From Spirochaetia bacterium (GTDB lineage Bacteria > Spirochaetota > Spirochaetia > DSM-2461): DNA of 64,000 nt. A program made the translations under genes and the position numbers. The notes beneath the pieces are model-generated. The model was not told the origin of the DNA. It was given only the letters and a program-made list of their open reading frames with translations, and did not search any database. The first letter of the stretch is position 1; every line of letters begins with the position of its first letter. Location of the stretch: assembly GCA_963668315.1 (NCBI GenBank), contig OY764216.1:4384001-4448000 (forward strand), given 5' to 3'. Shown piece after piece: positions 40,212 through 49,742 of the stretch.

Positions 40212-41498
40212 GTGTCCATGTTGCTTGTTCTGATTTTTTACTTAATCATCCCCCTGATTCAGATTCTGACATGTGTGACTGCCGTTAAGGGACTCGGGAT
40301 CTGGGGCGGAACGGGAGAGCTGATTAATATCATCTCCTCCGTCACCGCCTATCACTGGATGCTCGCCAACCAGATTTTCGCCGTAAAATTGAACTGGTTT
40401 CAGAGGATCATCCCCTATGACAGACGTATCCGCATTCATATCCTCGCTTCCGCGGGAGTGGCGGCCGCCGTTGTCATACACAGTGTCTATAAGATTTTCA
40501 TGGGGTATTATATAAACCCGGTGACCCTGCTTCTCTCCGTCTGCGTGGGATTTCTTTTTCTCACGGCGGTACTTTGGATTCCTCTGCCCGGTTTCAGAAA
40601 ATTCCGCCGGGCCGCCGTAAGCCGTATGGTAAAAAAGGAGCACCAGGGCTCCTATGACCTGTTCAAAGCCGTGCATACGGGACTGACATTCCTTCTTTCC
40701 GGGGTCATTCTCGTACATGTTCTCTCTTCAGGTACGTTTGCCCTGCTCCCTTCTCCGGCCCGGGGCGGTTACATTATCCTGTTTCTTACCGGTTTCCTTA
40801 CGATGATACTGTCAAAAACGGGAGCCTTTACCGAAACCGGAACGGTGGAAGAAATTTCCCTTAAGGAAGGAATCGCCACATTGACCCTGAACGGCCCCTT
40901 CAACCGAGTGAGAAAGTCCGGTCAGTTCGCCTTTCTGAGAAAAGGCCGATCGGGATTTTTCCAGAGGGAACACCCTTTTTCCTATCTGAACAGCGGCGGG
41001 GAAGAGCTGAATCGTTTCGCCTTCCGGCTGATCGGCCCCTTTACGGGGGAACTCGCCCGTCTGAAAAAAGGAGACCCGGTTGGGATACGCGGAGGATTCG
41101 GTAATTTCCGTCCCACCGGGGACAAACCGGTCTGTCTGATAGGTTCGGGAATCGGAATCGTCCCCTTGATAAGCCTTTTAAGAGAGTGGGATTCCCGTGA
41201 GAGGGAGACCAGGGTCGAGGCTTTTTTCTCGGTGAATTCCCGGGGAGAGATCCCCCTCTACGAGGATCTCATGGGAATAATGGAAAGGAACGGGAACATG
41301 GGTCTCCATCTTCTCGTATTCGATGAAGACTCCCGCCTGTTCGACAAAGAATATTTCCGGGAACACCTGAAATCGCCCCGGGATTTTCACTACTACGTCT
41401 GCTCCTCACCGGCGGTAAGATCCGTCGTACTGGGGATTCTCAAATCACTGGGGATAGGAAGAAGCCGGATTCATTACGAAGCATTTTCCTTCGGCTGA
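40212..41498 (+). CDS. Ferric reductase / NOX-like transmembrane protein with FAD and NAD(P)H domains
   Basis: About six TMs with His pairs (RIH..VIH, AVH..LVH); SGQFAF, EHPFS, GSGIGIVP, HYEAF. Confidence 0.85.
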   Translation: MSMLLVLIFYLIIPLIQILTCVTAVKGLGIWGGTGELINIISSVTAYHWMLANQIFAVKLNWFQRIIPYDRRIRIHILASAGVAAAVVIHSVYKIFMGYYINPVTLLLSVCVGFLFLTAVLWIPLPGFRKFRRAAVSRMVKKEHQGSYDLFKAVHTGLTFLLSGVILVHVLSSGTFALLPSPARGGYIILFLTGFLTMILSKTGAFTETGTVEEISLKEGIATLTLNGPFNRVRKSGQFAFLRKGRSGFFQREHPFSYLNSGGEELNRFAFRLIGPFTGELARLKKGDPVGIRGGFGNFRPTGDKPVCLIGSGIGIVPLISLLREWDSRERETRVEAFFSVNSRGEIPLYEDLMGIMERNGNMGLHLLVFDEDSRLFDKEYFREHLKSPRDFHYYVCSSPAVRSVVLGILKSLGIGRSRIHYEAFSFG

Positions 41499-41518
41499 TC
41501 GGGCTTCTCTCTCCCCAG

Positions 41519-41947
41519 GAGACTGTCGGGTTTAAGACCGTAGGAATTTATACGCTGAGCCTATTATTTTATAATATCCACAGGGGAACAGGCAAAGCAC
41601 AATATCATTGAGGATGCATAGGCGATCAGCAAACCTGAAAGTTTTGTGACCAGCCCTCAAAGGATGTTAGCTCTCCTGCTTAACAGCTACAACCGTGGTT
41701 GATGCCGAGGGTTCCCAATTGGTTGCGGGAGCTCGTGTAACAAACGCCGGCGTCGATAGAAAGGAACTGACTGCCAATGTGGAATCCATACCGGCAGAGA
41801 TAGGTACCCCAGACAAGATACGGACAAACCATATAAAGCAGGGCCAGAGGGAAGATCACTCTGACTACTTTTTGCTCTGGATCGGAATCTCCGGGCGTAT
41901 CTCCGGATCTTCTCGATCCAAAATAAAATCTTAAACCCGACAGGCTC
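41519..41947 (+). mobile_element. Internally deleted IS1182-like element (MITE)
   Basis: IRs 41517-41537 and 41929-41949 match at 20 of 21 positions; flanks CCAG/CTAG; transposase scraps PQRMLALLLNSY and VDAEGSQLVAGARVT. Confidence 0.75.
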
Positions 41948-44002
41948 CTAGGAGGAAAAAATCGGATTTAGCTGATCCTTCTTCCCGTAGTCGGGATTTC
42001 TCTTAAGAAGCTCCTCGGCGATTTCCCTGGCTTTGCCCTTGTCACCCATGGCAAAATAGACATTGGCCAGATGAAAATAGGCATCCCAGTAGGACGGATC
42101 CTGCTCGATAACCTTCTCCAGCTGGACAACGGCCTTCTCATTCTCTTCCATGGCTATATACCCCAGAGCCAGATTATAGCGGATCAGCGGATCGGACGGT
42201 GTGGCGGTCATGGCCTTCTCATACCACTGAATACTGCTTTCGTACTGCTCCATATGAAGGAAGACACTGCCCAGATTGTTCCAGACAAGCACATTCTTCG
42301 TATCCGCCTTGTAGGCTTCCTGCAGATACTGCAGGGCGGTCATATAATCGCCGCGGCTGTCGAGTATCTTGCCGAGATTGATTCTCGGCAGAGCGTAGGA
42401 AGCGTCCAGGGCGGCGGATTTCTTATAGATTTCCAGGGCCTGATCTTCCAGTCCGACACCCTCCGCCGCCTGCCCCATGGTATAGAGATAGGCCGCGTTT
42501 GTCGGCTCGGCCTGCACGGCTTTGGTAGACCAGCTGAGGGAAGAGGAGTAATCCCCCATTTTCATATAGCATATGGCCATGTTGGACATGGCATCGGCCC
42601 TTCCCGGATCAAGTTCCAGAGACTTCTCGTAACTGTTAACGCCGTTTATATAGTCTTCGGAAAGGGTATACACACCGCCCAGAGAACGGTAGTACCGGGC
42701 GTCCTCCTTAATCTGCGTCGCCAAAGTCAGATAGTGGATGGCCTGCCCCAGATTACCCGTGGTGGTAAAGGCTTTTCCCGCTTCAAAGAAGCTGGCCGCA
42801 TGATCGGGTCTCAGCTGACAGCTTTTCAGGAAAGAAGCCAGGGCGTTCTGTTTGTCACTCAGCCTGTTCTGGGTCAGTCCCATGGCGTAATAGTTGCCCT
42901 CGTAGGCGCTGTTGAGCATTTCCACCTTCTTGAAGGAGTTCAGCGCTTCTTTATAGAGCTGATTCCGGTACTGGAGGATACCCAGGGAGTAGTAGATCTC
43001 CGGACTGGTCCCGTTCAGGCCGGCCGCCTTCATATAATTCTCAATAGCCTCAAGGTCATCGTCTTCGCTCTCAGCGATCTGGCCCAGGTAATAGTAAGTC
43101 TCCCAGTCCTCGGGATCCTCCCTCAGCGCCTCTTCCAGATACTCCTTGGCCTTATCCCGGTTGGCAGGATTATCACGGTTTTCGTCAAACCAGCTCTGTC
43201 CCAGAAGGGAATGGGCCCGTCCGTTATCCGGATCCATCTCCAGAACCTGATTCAAAAGACGGCGGGCGCCGGCATAATCGCCTTCATCCAGGGCGTCCTC
43301 GGCCTGATCGAGAAGGGACTGGACTCTCTTTTCCTGATCCTCCCTGGCTTTCCGGTCGGCTTCGCTTTCGGCGGCTTTCTTAAGCTCTTCCGCTTCCCTC
43401 TTCAGGTTCTGCGCCTCGTAGGAACCGGGGTCTATGGATAGGGCCTGCTTGGCCAGATTTATCGCCCTGTCGTATTCCTTGTTATCGAGAGCTTCCCGGG
43501 CCTGGTCAATAAGGTCGGAGACCTGCTGCTCCTTGAGAAGCTGTTTTCTGCGGGCTTCCTCTTCCGCGGCCAGCCTTGCCGCCTTCTCCGCGGGGGACTC
43601 CTGATTCTGGTTCTGATTCTGCAGGGTGCTGCTCAGCTCCTGCAGCCCCTTGGAAAGCTCCTCATTCTGCGCTTTCAAAGCGTCAAGTTCGGCCTGGCGG
43701 GCCTCTTCATCGACCTGTTTGCGCGCCTGGAGCACGGAATCCCTCAGGTCCTTTGCCTCCTGATCCCGGGGATCGCTCAGCAGGAGGTCATTGATAAGAT
43801 CAAGGGCCATATCATACTCGCCCTGGTCGGCATATTCGGAGGCCAGGATAAGCATATTGGCCCTCCTCTCAGCCGCTTCATCGGCCTGATTAACCGTTAC
43901 ATCTCCCCCGTCGCCGCCTCGGCCGCGCAGGAAAAAAAAGAGCCCCGTTCCCAGTAATAGGGCCAGGGCAGCTCCTATGATTATCACTTTCTTGTTATCC
44001 AC
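41948..44002 (-). CDS. Membrane-anchored multi-TPR protein
   Basis: N-terminal TM, coiled coil, many TPR repeats. Confidence 0.85.
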   Translation of the reverse strand: MDNKKVIIIGAALALLLGTGLFFFLRGRGGDGGDVTVNQADEAAERRANMLILASEYADQGEYDMALDLINDLLLSDPRDQEAKDLRDSVLQARKQVDEEARQAELDALKAQNEELSKGLQELSSTLQNQNQNQESPAEKAARLAAEEEARRKQLLKEQQVSDLIDQAREALDNKEYDRAINLAKQALSIDPGSYEAQNLKREAEELKKAAESEADRKAREDQEKRVQSLLDQAEDALDEGDYAGARRLLNQVLEMDPDNGRAHSLLGQSWFDENRDNPANRDKAKEYLEEALREDPEDWETYYYLGQIAESEDDDLEAIENYMKAAGLNGTSPEIYYSLGILQYRNQLYKEALNSFKKVEMLNSAYEGNYYAMGLTQNRLSDKQNALASFLKSCQLRPDHAASFFEAGKAFTTTGNLGQAIHYLTLATQIKEDARYYRSLGGVYTLSEDYINGVNSYEKSLELDPGRADAMSNMAICYMKMGDYSSSLSWSTKAVQAEPTNAAYLYTMGQAAEGVGLEDQALEIYKKSAALDASYALPRINLGKILDSRGDYMTALQYLQEAYKADTKNVLVWNNLGSVFLHMEQYESSIQWYEKAMTATPSDPLIRYNLALGYIAMEENEKAVVQLEKVIEQDPSYWDAYFHLANVYFAMGDKGKAREIAEELLKRNPDYGKKDQLNPIFSS

Positions 44003-44007
44003 AGAAA

Positions 44008-44757
44008 TTACTCCTCGATATCGGAATCTTCATCCTCTATGACAATATCTTCGGTTCCGGCGCCGAGAACTTGAGTCTCCTCGCCCACCCCCTCGAGGGA
44101 TGCCAGTATTTCATCCAGCAGAGCCTGCTGTTTGGCCGCTTCTTCCGCCGCCAGACGCTCGGCCTCCTGCCTGCGGGCCTCTTCGAGAGCCGCCTGCTGC
44201 GCCGCAAGCTTCTCCTTTTCCGCCTCGTCGGCCATCTTCTGGGTAAGCAGGGCTATCATCCTTTCAATCTCGCTCCTCTGGGATGTCAGCGGTTCGAGAC
44301 TCAGATAGGCCGTGTAATCGGCCACGGCTCCGGAGTAGTCTCCCAGGGAGAGATAACAGTTGGCCCTGTTGAGGGTCGCGCCGGAACGGTATTCCGATGA
44401 ACCGGCCGCGATTTCCGAATAGAGGGTTACGGCGTCCTCCTTGCGGTTCATGGTGTAATACATGTTCGCCAGGTTGAAAGCCAGGTTTTCCCTGTGTATC
44501 CCGTAAAGGGTCATTCCCTGTCTGAGGGCGGCTTCCGCCTCATCGTAACGGTTCTGTTTCTGATAGACAGCCCCGAGAAGCAGGTAGACATCATCCCGGG
44601 AAGGTTCCTCCGCCTGCGCCTTTTTAAGAGCCGTTTCTGCAGCGTCAAGACGGGATTCCCGGTAAGCCTCCACGGCGTCGTCATAGGACCTCCCGGCGAG
44701 AAGAGAGGCCCAGAAACCGCATAAAAGGATCAAAGAGAGCCATTTTTTTCTATTCAT
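44008..44757 (-). CDS. Exported TPR protein with acidic tail
   Basis: Signal peptide, TPRs, Glu/Ala coiled coil. Confidence 0.8.
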   Translation of the reverse strand: MNRKKWLSLILLCGFWASLLAGRSYDDAVEAYRESRLDAAETALKKAQAEEPSRDDVYLLLGAVYQKQNRYDEAEAALRQGMTLYGIHRENLAFNLANMYYTMNRKEDAVTLYSEIAAGSSEYRSGATLNRANCYLSLGDYSGAVADYTAYLSLEPLTSQRSEIERMIALLTQKMADEAEKEKLAAQQAALEEARRQEAERLAAEEAAKQQALLDEILASLEGVGEETQVLGAGTEDIVIEDEDSDIEE

Positions 44758-44859
44758 AACCTTTTCCGCCTCCCATTTATTTGACTAATTCCCTGAAAGG
44801 GATTAACCTAAATACATTATAGAGCAATAGCTATTATCTTACTACTTTATCGGACGAAT

Positions 44860-46248
44860 ATGGATACAATTGTTATCATTATTTTGGCATCGGTTCTCTT
44901 CGGCGGACTGGGTGTTTTCATTTACTTCATCATTCGCATGATTCTCAAGCCCCAGCAGGTGGGCAGTCTTGCCACCATGGTCAACCAGGGAAAAACCTCC
45001 CAGGCGATACGGGTGGCGAAGCAGCTCCTGCAGAAGGATGCGAGGGATTGCGAAACCCATTACCTCCTTGGGAAAGCCCTGCTGCAGGACGGTAAGGACG
45101 AGCTGGCTCTCATGGAATACAAGACGGTCAACCAGATCGGCGATTTCAAGGGGAGCCTCAAGGAGTCCCTGTTCCGCCGGGAAATGGCCGACCTCTATCT
45201 CAAATTCGATCAGAACGAAGAGGCGCTCAAGGAGTATCTTCTTCTCATACAGAAGGAACCGAACGACGCGTCGCACTATTATAAGGCGGGTTTGATATTC
45301 GAAAAGCGGAAGAAACCCGTGCAGGCATTGAATTACTATAAGAGAGCCATCAATATTGATCCCGGCAACAGCGATGCCTATATGCATCTGGGAATGCTTC
45401 TTTATGCCGCCAAGAAGGAAAACGACGCCAAAACGGTTCTGGAGAAAGCCCTCAAGCTGAACAAATCCAATCATCAAGCCTACTATTTCCTGGGGAAAAT
45501 CAACAAGGACCAGAAGAATTATTCCTCCGCCATAGAGTATTTCGAACAGGGGCAGAAAGATCCGGTCTTCAAGATCAAGTGCCTCATAGAGCGGGGCATC
45601 TGCCTTATCATGATCAAGAATTTCGACCAGGCCATGACAGACCTGGAGCGTGTTCTCCGACTGATAGAAACGGAGAAGGCGGGGGAACGGGAGATTCTTT
45701 TCGCCCGCTACTTTTTGGCCATGTGCTATGAGAAAAACAGGAAACTGGATCAGGCGATAAGTCAGTGGGAGACGATCTACACCAAGGATAAGAATTTCAA
45801 GGATGTGGCGGAGAAGCTCAGCCAGTTCCAGGATCTCCGCTCCGACGACGTCATGAAGGATTACATGACCGCCACCAACGCCCGGTTCGAAGACCTCTGC
45901 CTGGCCGTGGCCGATCAGCTTAACCACAGCGTGACCGACGTACAGACGGTTAAACAGGGGTTGCGCATCTTCGTGGTGGAAAAAAACACCGGCCAGTGGA
46001 GAAACGCCCGGAAGTTCCCCAAACTCATGCTGTTCCTCAGGAACACATCGAACGTGGATCTGCCTGTGATCCGGGATTTTCACGAGGATCTGACCAATTT
46101 CAAGGTGACCCGGGGCATGATCTTCTCGGGAACTCAATTTACCCGTTCGGCCATGGAATTCGCCGAGCCCAGACCTATCGAAATCTATGATAAGGAAAAA
46201 CTGCTGGCCCTGCTCCATGAAGTGAACAAAAAGGGCAAGGAAAAATGA
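44860..46248 (+). CDS. TM-TPR protein with C-terminal Mrr-like restriction-endonuclease-fold domain
   Basis: N-terminal TM, TPRs, then FEDLC...RGMIFSGTQFTRSAMEFA..PIEIYDKEKL. Confidence 0.75.
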   Translation: MDTIVIIILASVLFGGLGVFIYFIIRMILKPQQVGSLATMVNQGKTSQAIRVAKQLLQKDARDCETHYLLGKALLQDGKDELALMEYKTVNQIGDFKGSLKESLFRREMADLYLKFDQNEEALKEYLLLIQKEPNDASHYYKAGLIFEKRKKPVQALNYYKRAINIDPGNSDAYMHLGMLLYAAKKENDAKTVLEKALKLNKSNHQAYYFLGKINKDQKNYSSAIEYFEQGQKDPVFKIKCLIERGICLIMIKNFDQAMTDLERVLRLIETEKAGEREILFARYFLAMCYEKNRKLDQAISQWETIYTKDKNFKDVAEKLSQFQDLRSDDVMKDYMTATNARFEDLCLAVADQLNHSVTDVQTVKQGLRIFVVEKNTGQWRNARKFPKLMLFLRNTSNVDLPVIRDFHEDLTNFKVTRGMIFSGTQFTRSAMEFAEPRPIEIYDKEKLLALLHEVNKKGKEK

Positions 46249-46919
46249 AAATTCTCTGTGTTGCCGACCATGTTGACCCTCTGGTGTACTCCAGCAGCAT
46301 TAAGGAACGCTTCAAGGATGTGGATCTTGTTCTGGGCGCGGGAGACCTCCCCATCAGCTATTACGAGTACATCATCTCCTGCATGAACAAGCGTCTCTAC
46401 TTCGTTTTCGGCAATCACAATCTCAAAAGGATGTCCCATTTCAAGGGCAAGGAGCCCTTCTCCGACATAGGCTCCTCCATGGACGACGGGATTTCCAACA
46501 ATTTCGGCTCCACCTTCATCGGGGGGAAAGTTCTCTACCTGAAGGACAAGGATCTGATTATCGCCGGGCTGGGGGGCAGCATGAAGTACAACAAGGGTCC
46601 CAACCAGTTCACCGAATGGGGCATGTACAGGCTGATGTTCCGCCTTGTTCCCAGGCTTATCTGGAACAAGATAGTTCACGGCCGTTATCTGGATATTCTC
46701 CTCACCCATGCATCACCCCGGGCCATTCACGACAAGAAGGACCGCTGCCACAGAGGCTTCAGAGCCTTTCTCTGGTTCATGAGAAAATTCAAGCCGGCCT
46801 ATCTCATTCACGGTCATATTCATATATACGACCAGACCACCATCAGAAAAACACGATACCTGGATACCATAGTGCTCAACGCCTATGACCATATCGTCGT
46901 AGATTATAAAAGGGATTAA
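46245..46919 (+). CDS. Calcineurin-like metallophosphoesterase
   Basis: VADH, GAGD, GNHN, LTHASP, HGHIH. Confidence 0.9.
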   Translation: MKILCVADHVDPLVYSSSIKERFKDVDLVLGAGDLPISYYEYIISCMNKRLYFVFGNHNLKRMSHFKGKEPFSDIGSSMDDGISNNFGSTFIGGKVLYLKDKDLIIAGLGGSMKYNKGPNQFTEWGMYRLMFRLVPRLIWNKIVHGRYLDILLTHASPRAIHDKKDRCHRGFRAFLWFMRKFKPAYLIHGHIHIYDQTTIRKTRYLDTIVLNAYDHIVVDYKRD

Positions 46920-46924
46920 TTACT

Positions 46925-47875
46925 ATGTCAGATGCTTACATCAGAGATCAGATTGATCAGGACTTTGACAAAGCGAAAGGAAAAGCCCTCTTTGAAAGTA
47001 TTTTCAATATCATGAGGCCTGAGAAGAGAGAACTGCTCTCTTTCTACAGCATAAAGGAACTTATCAAGCCCCGCTCCGAAACATATCAGGGAATGAAAGT
47101 TGTCAACATCAGCGATATCGTGGGAAGCGAGGGCAGGTATAACGATTTCAACAAGACCTTCCTCCCCAAAAGGGAGCATTTGAGAAACCGCTGGACCAGC
47201 ATCGACTCGGCCTATTACAAAGACGTGAATCTGCCTCCCATCAAGCTGTACAAGCTGGGAGACGTCTATTTCGTCAGAGACGGCAACCACCGGGTTTCCG
47301 TCGCCAGGACACAGGGGATAGAAGCTATCGATGCGGAAGTGACAGAACTCTCCGCCCATATCCATATCACCAAGGATATGACCATGGCGGATATCAAGAA
47401 GGAGCTGATCAAGTACGAAAGAAAACGCGTGCTGAAGTCGACCAAACTGGATAAGGCCATCGATATGGAAGAGATTCACTTTACCGCTACGGGCCGCTAC
47501 GATGAGCTGCTGCGCCATATTCTGGGACACAAATACTACATAAACCAGGACAAGAAAGAGGAGATAAGCTTCTCCGAAGCCGCAAAATCCTGGTACGAGA
47601 ATATCTTCAAGCCCATCAAGAATATCATACAGGAAAACAACCTCGTCTCCCGCTTCCCCGGCAGAACCGAGGCGGATATCTATATGTGGGTGGTCAAGCA
47701 CTGGGACATGCTCAAGAACAAATACGGCCAGGACTACCCGATGGAGGAAGCCGCCGTGGAATACTCCAATATATACGGGAAATCCAAAAGGCAGCAGTTT
47801 CTCGCCCGGGCGAAAAAGGCTTTGAAGAAGCTCATTACCCGCGAGGACGTTCACTCCACCGACGAGGAGAAGTAA
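46925..47875 (+). CDS. ParB/Srx-like domain protein (DUF4032-associated type)
   Basis: IVGSEGRYNDF, LPPIKLYK..YFVRDGNHRVSVAR, RFPGRTEADIY. Confidence 0.72.
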   Translation: MSDAYIRDQIDQDFDKAKGKALFESIFNIMRPEKRELLSFYSIKELIKPRSETYQGMKVVNISDIVGSEGRYNDFNKTFLPKREHLRNRWTSIDSAYYKDVNLPPIKLYKLGDVYFVRDGNHRVSVARTQGIEAIDAEVTELSAHIHITKDMTMADIKKELIKYERKRVLKSTKLDKAIDMEEIHFTATGRYDELLRHILGHKYYINQDKKEEISFSEAAKSWYENIFKPIKNIIQENNLVSRFPGRTEADIYMWVVKHWDMLKNKYGQDYPMEEAAVEYSNIYGKSKRQQFLARAKKALKKLITREDVHSTDEEK

Positions 47876-48525
47876 GGTCCCTCACGGTAGCAGGTCATTC
47901 GTGACCGGTCGAACATCATCAGATAAAAGGAAGCACCGGTTCCGTCCAGATAGTCGGCGGGAGAAAATGTCTCGCCCACAGGAACGGTGACAGGGGCTTC
48001 CTCTCCGTCCTCCCCCCCGGAAAGGAGAAACCAGGTCCCTTTCGACGCCGTGACGAGAGCCGTCTCCTTTTCTGTGTCGATATGGGTCTGGAAAGATCCC
48101 GCCTCCTCCTCGGAAAGCCATCCTTCCAGGTCCAGACGCCTGCGGTCTTCCCGTCCTCCCTTATCCTCGAGGATAAGCTCATAGGCTCCCTCTTCAAAGG
48201 GCTCAGACCGGGTGGACCTGAAACGGCTGCTTCCCAGCCAGGTCACCCCGTCTTTCTCATATTTACTCCAGGCGGATGAATCGACTTTCCATGTCAGCTC
48301 CCTGTCCGCCCGGGTCAGGCGCAGTTCGGCAAGATCCCCGTCGCCCTCTTCGTCATCAACCTGGACATAAAGCATGAGTTCCCGGGAAAAACCTTCCCCC
48401 CCGGAATCTTTTACCGTGACCGGCATCCACCAGACATCCCTGACGGCGGGAGGATTATTGGTGCATCCGGCCAGCAGGACGGCGAGTAGAATCCCGGTCA
48501 GGGCGCGTCTATTCCGCCGCTTCAC
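47851..48525 (-). CDS. Lipoprotein, unknown function
   Basis: Lipobox LAG-C; beta-rich sequence. Confidence 0.65.
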   Translation of the reverse strand: MKRRNRRALTGILLAVLLAGCTNNPPAVRDVWWMPVTVKDSGGEGFSRELMLYVQVDDEEGDGDLAELRLTRADRELTWKVDSSAWSKYEKDGVTWLGSSRFRSTRSEPFEEGAYELILEDKGGREDRRRLDLEGWLSEEEAGSFQTHIDTEKETALVTASKGTWFLLSGGEDGEEAPVTVPVGETFSPADYLDGTGASFYLMMFDRSRMTCYREGPYFSSSVE

Positions 48526-49702
48526 GGATATCTCCCCGATTCACCAGAAGACCGTCCTTCTCCATCCAGTCCAGCAGGATAAGCAGCTCCCTCCGGCTCA
48601 GAGGAGAATGTTCCCGTATGTCCCCCAGAGGGGCGGGGCCATGATCCCTGAGGAGACTCAGGATATCACCGGAAAGCTTACCGTAGGCTTCGGCGGTCAT
48701 AACAAGCCCCTCGGCATAGCGCACAAGGCCCATCCGTCCCATGGCTTCCCAGTTTTCCCGGGCCCCCCGATCGGAGGATTTATCCGGATTCCCATAGCCC
48801 GCGCCCTCCTTCAGAAGGAGAAGCTGCCTCCTGGCCATGGGCGAAAGGGAATCCTCCCGGTCCGCCCCGGGCAGAAGATACCATCCGCCCGACTGGACAA
48901 GTTCACCCCGTTCCAGCATCATATCGCGTACATGCCGTTCCAGAGGCTCCTTCCCCTCCCGTTCGGAAGTCCCCCCCATGGCGGAGGCCTTCTTGCGGAT
49001 TTTGGCGGACATCTGCTTGTACCGGGAAGAACGGATGAGCAGATCCTCCCCCGCTTCGCACCGGGGGAGCACCACATCGGCATACTCCCGGGGCTTCAGG
49101 GCGAATCCGTGCAGCCCCAGTTCAAAGGCGAGGAACTCCCGGAAAAGATCGTCCTGGTCCTTCCAGGAGGAGAGGGCCTTGCCGGCGAAATTCCGGTCCG
49201 CCCGGCTCACTTCCCCCCTGGCGACCAGCATAAGAGGCTCGTCGATCCGGAGAAAATGGTACCAGGCGCCCTTGATGCCCAGAACAGGTTCGGAAAATTC
49301 CGCCCGGGCCAGGCATCCGGTAAACTCGAAGTTCACCTTGACCATCTTCTTGCCCAGGGGGTCCCGGACAAGGGTGGTCACCGTTCGGGATGAATCCCCG
49401 GCGTACTCCGTGCCCCGGGGGCAGTAAAAAAGGGCTTTGCGGCAGGAACCGCTGTCCCAGTCCCGGGGAAGTATCCGGTCGCCCTGTCTGACCTGATGAT
49501 GGGCCAGTCCCTTGACCGACAGCTCGTATACCCCCGCTGCCAGAGGCTTGGCTTCCTTGAGGCGGACCGGTTTGAGCGAAGGCCAGTGAACCGCCTTACG
49601 CCCCGGCAGAAACCCGCCGTTCAAAGCCTTAGCCGAAAGGGTGAATCCTCGGGAACCTTTCATTACCGACTTTATCCTGTAACCGGGTACATTTCTTTCC
49701 AT
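48509..49702 (-). CDS. SelB C-terminal winged-helix-like protein lacking a GTPase domain
   Basis: C-terminus LGDIREHSPLSRRELLILLDWMEKDGLLVNRGDIR; no P-loop. Start uncertain (49702 or 49717). Confidence 0.55.
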   Translation of the reverse strand: MERNVPGYRIKSVMKGSRGFTLSAKALNGGFLPGRKAVHWPSLKPVRLKEAKPLAAGVYELSVKGLAHHQVRQGDRILPRDWDSGSCRKALFYCPRGTEYAGDSSRTVTTLVRDPLGKKMVKVNFEFTGCLARAEFSEPVLGIKGAWYHFLRIDEPLMLVARGEVSRADRNFAGKALSSWKDQDDLFREFLAFELGLHGFALKPREYADVVLPRCEAGEDLLIRSSRYKQMSAKIRKKASAMGGTSEREGKEPLERHVRDMMLERGELVQSGGWYLLPGADREDSLSPMARRQLLLLKEGAGYGNPDKSSDRGARENWEAMGRMGLVRYAEGLVMTAEAYGKLSGDILSLLRDHGPAPLGDIREHSPLSRRELLILLDWMEKDGLLVNRGDIREAAE

Positions 49703-49742
49703 ATATTTACTATACAATCCTTTTCGTCATATTATAAGGGGG

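Noticed and set aside
42071..46218. Long antisense ORFs over the TPR genes (42071-43441, 44842-46218)
   Set aside because: Shadows of well-supported genes on the opposite strand.
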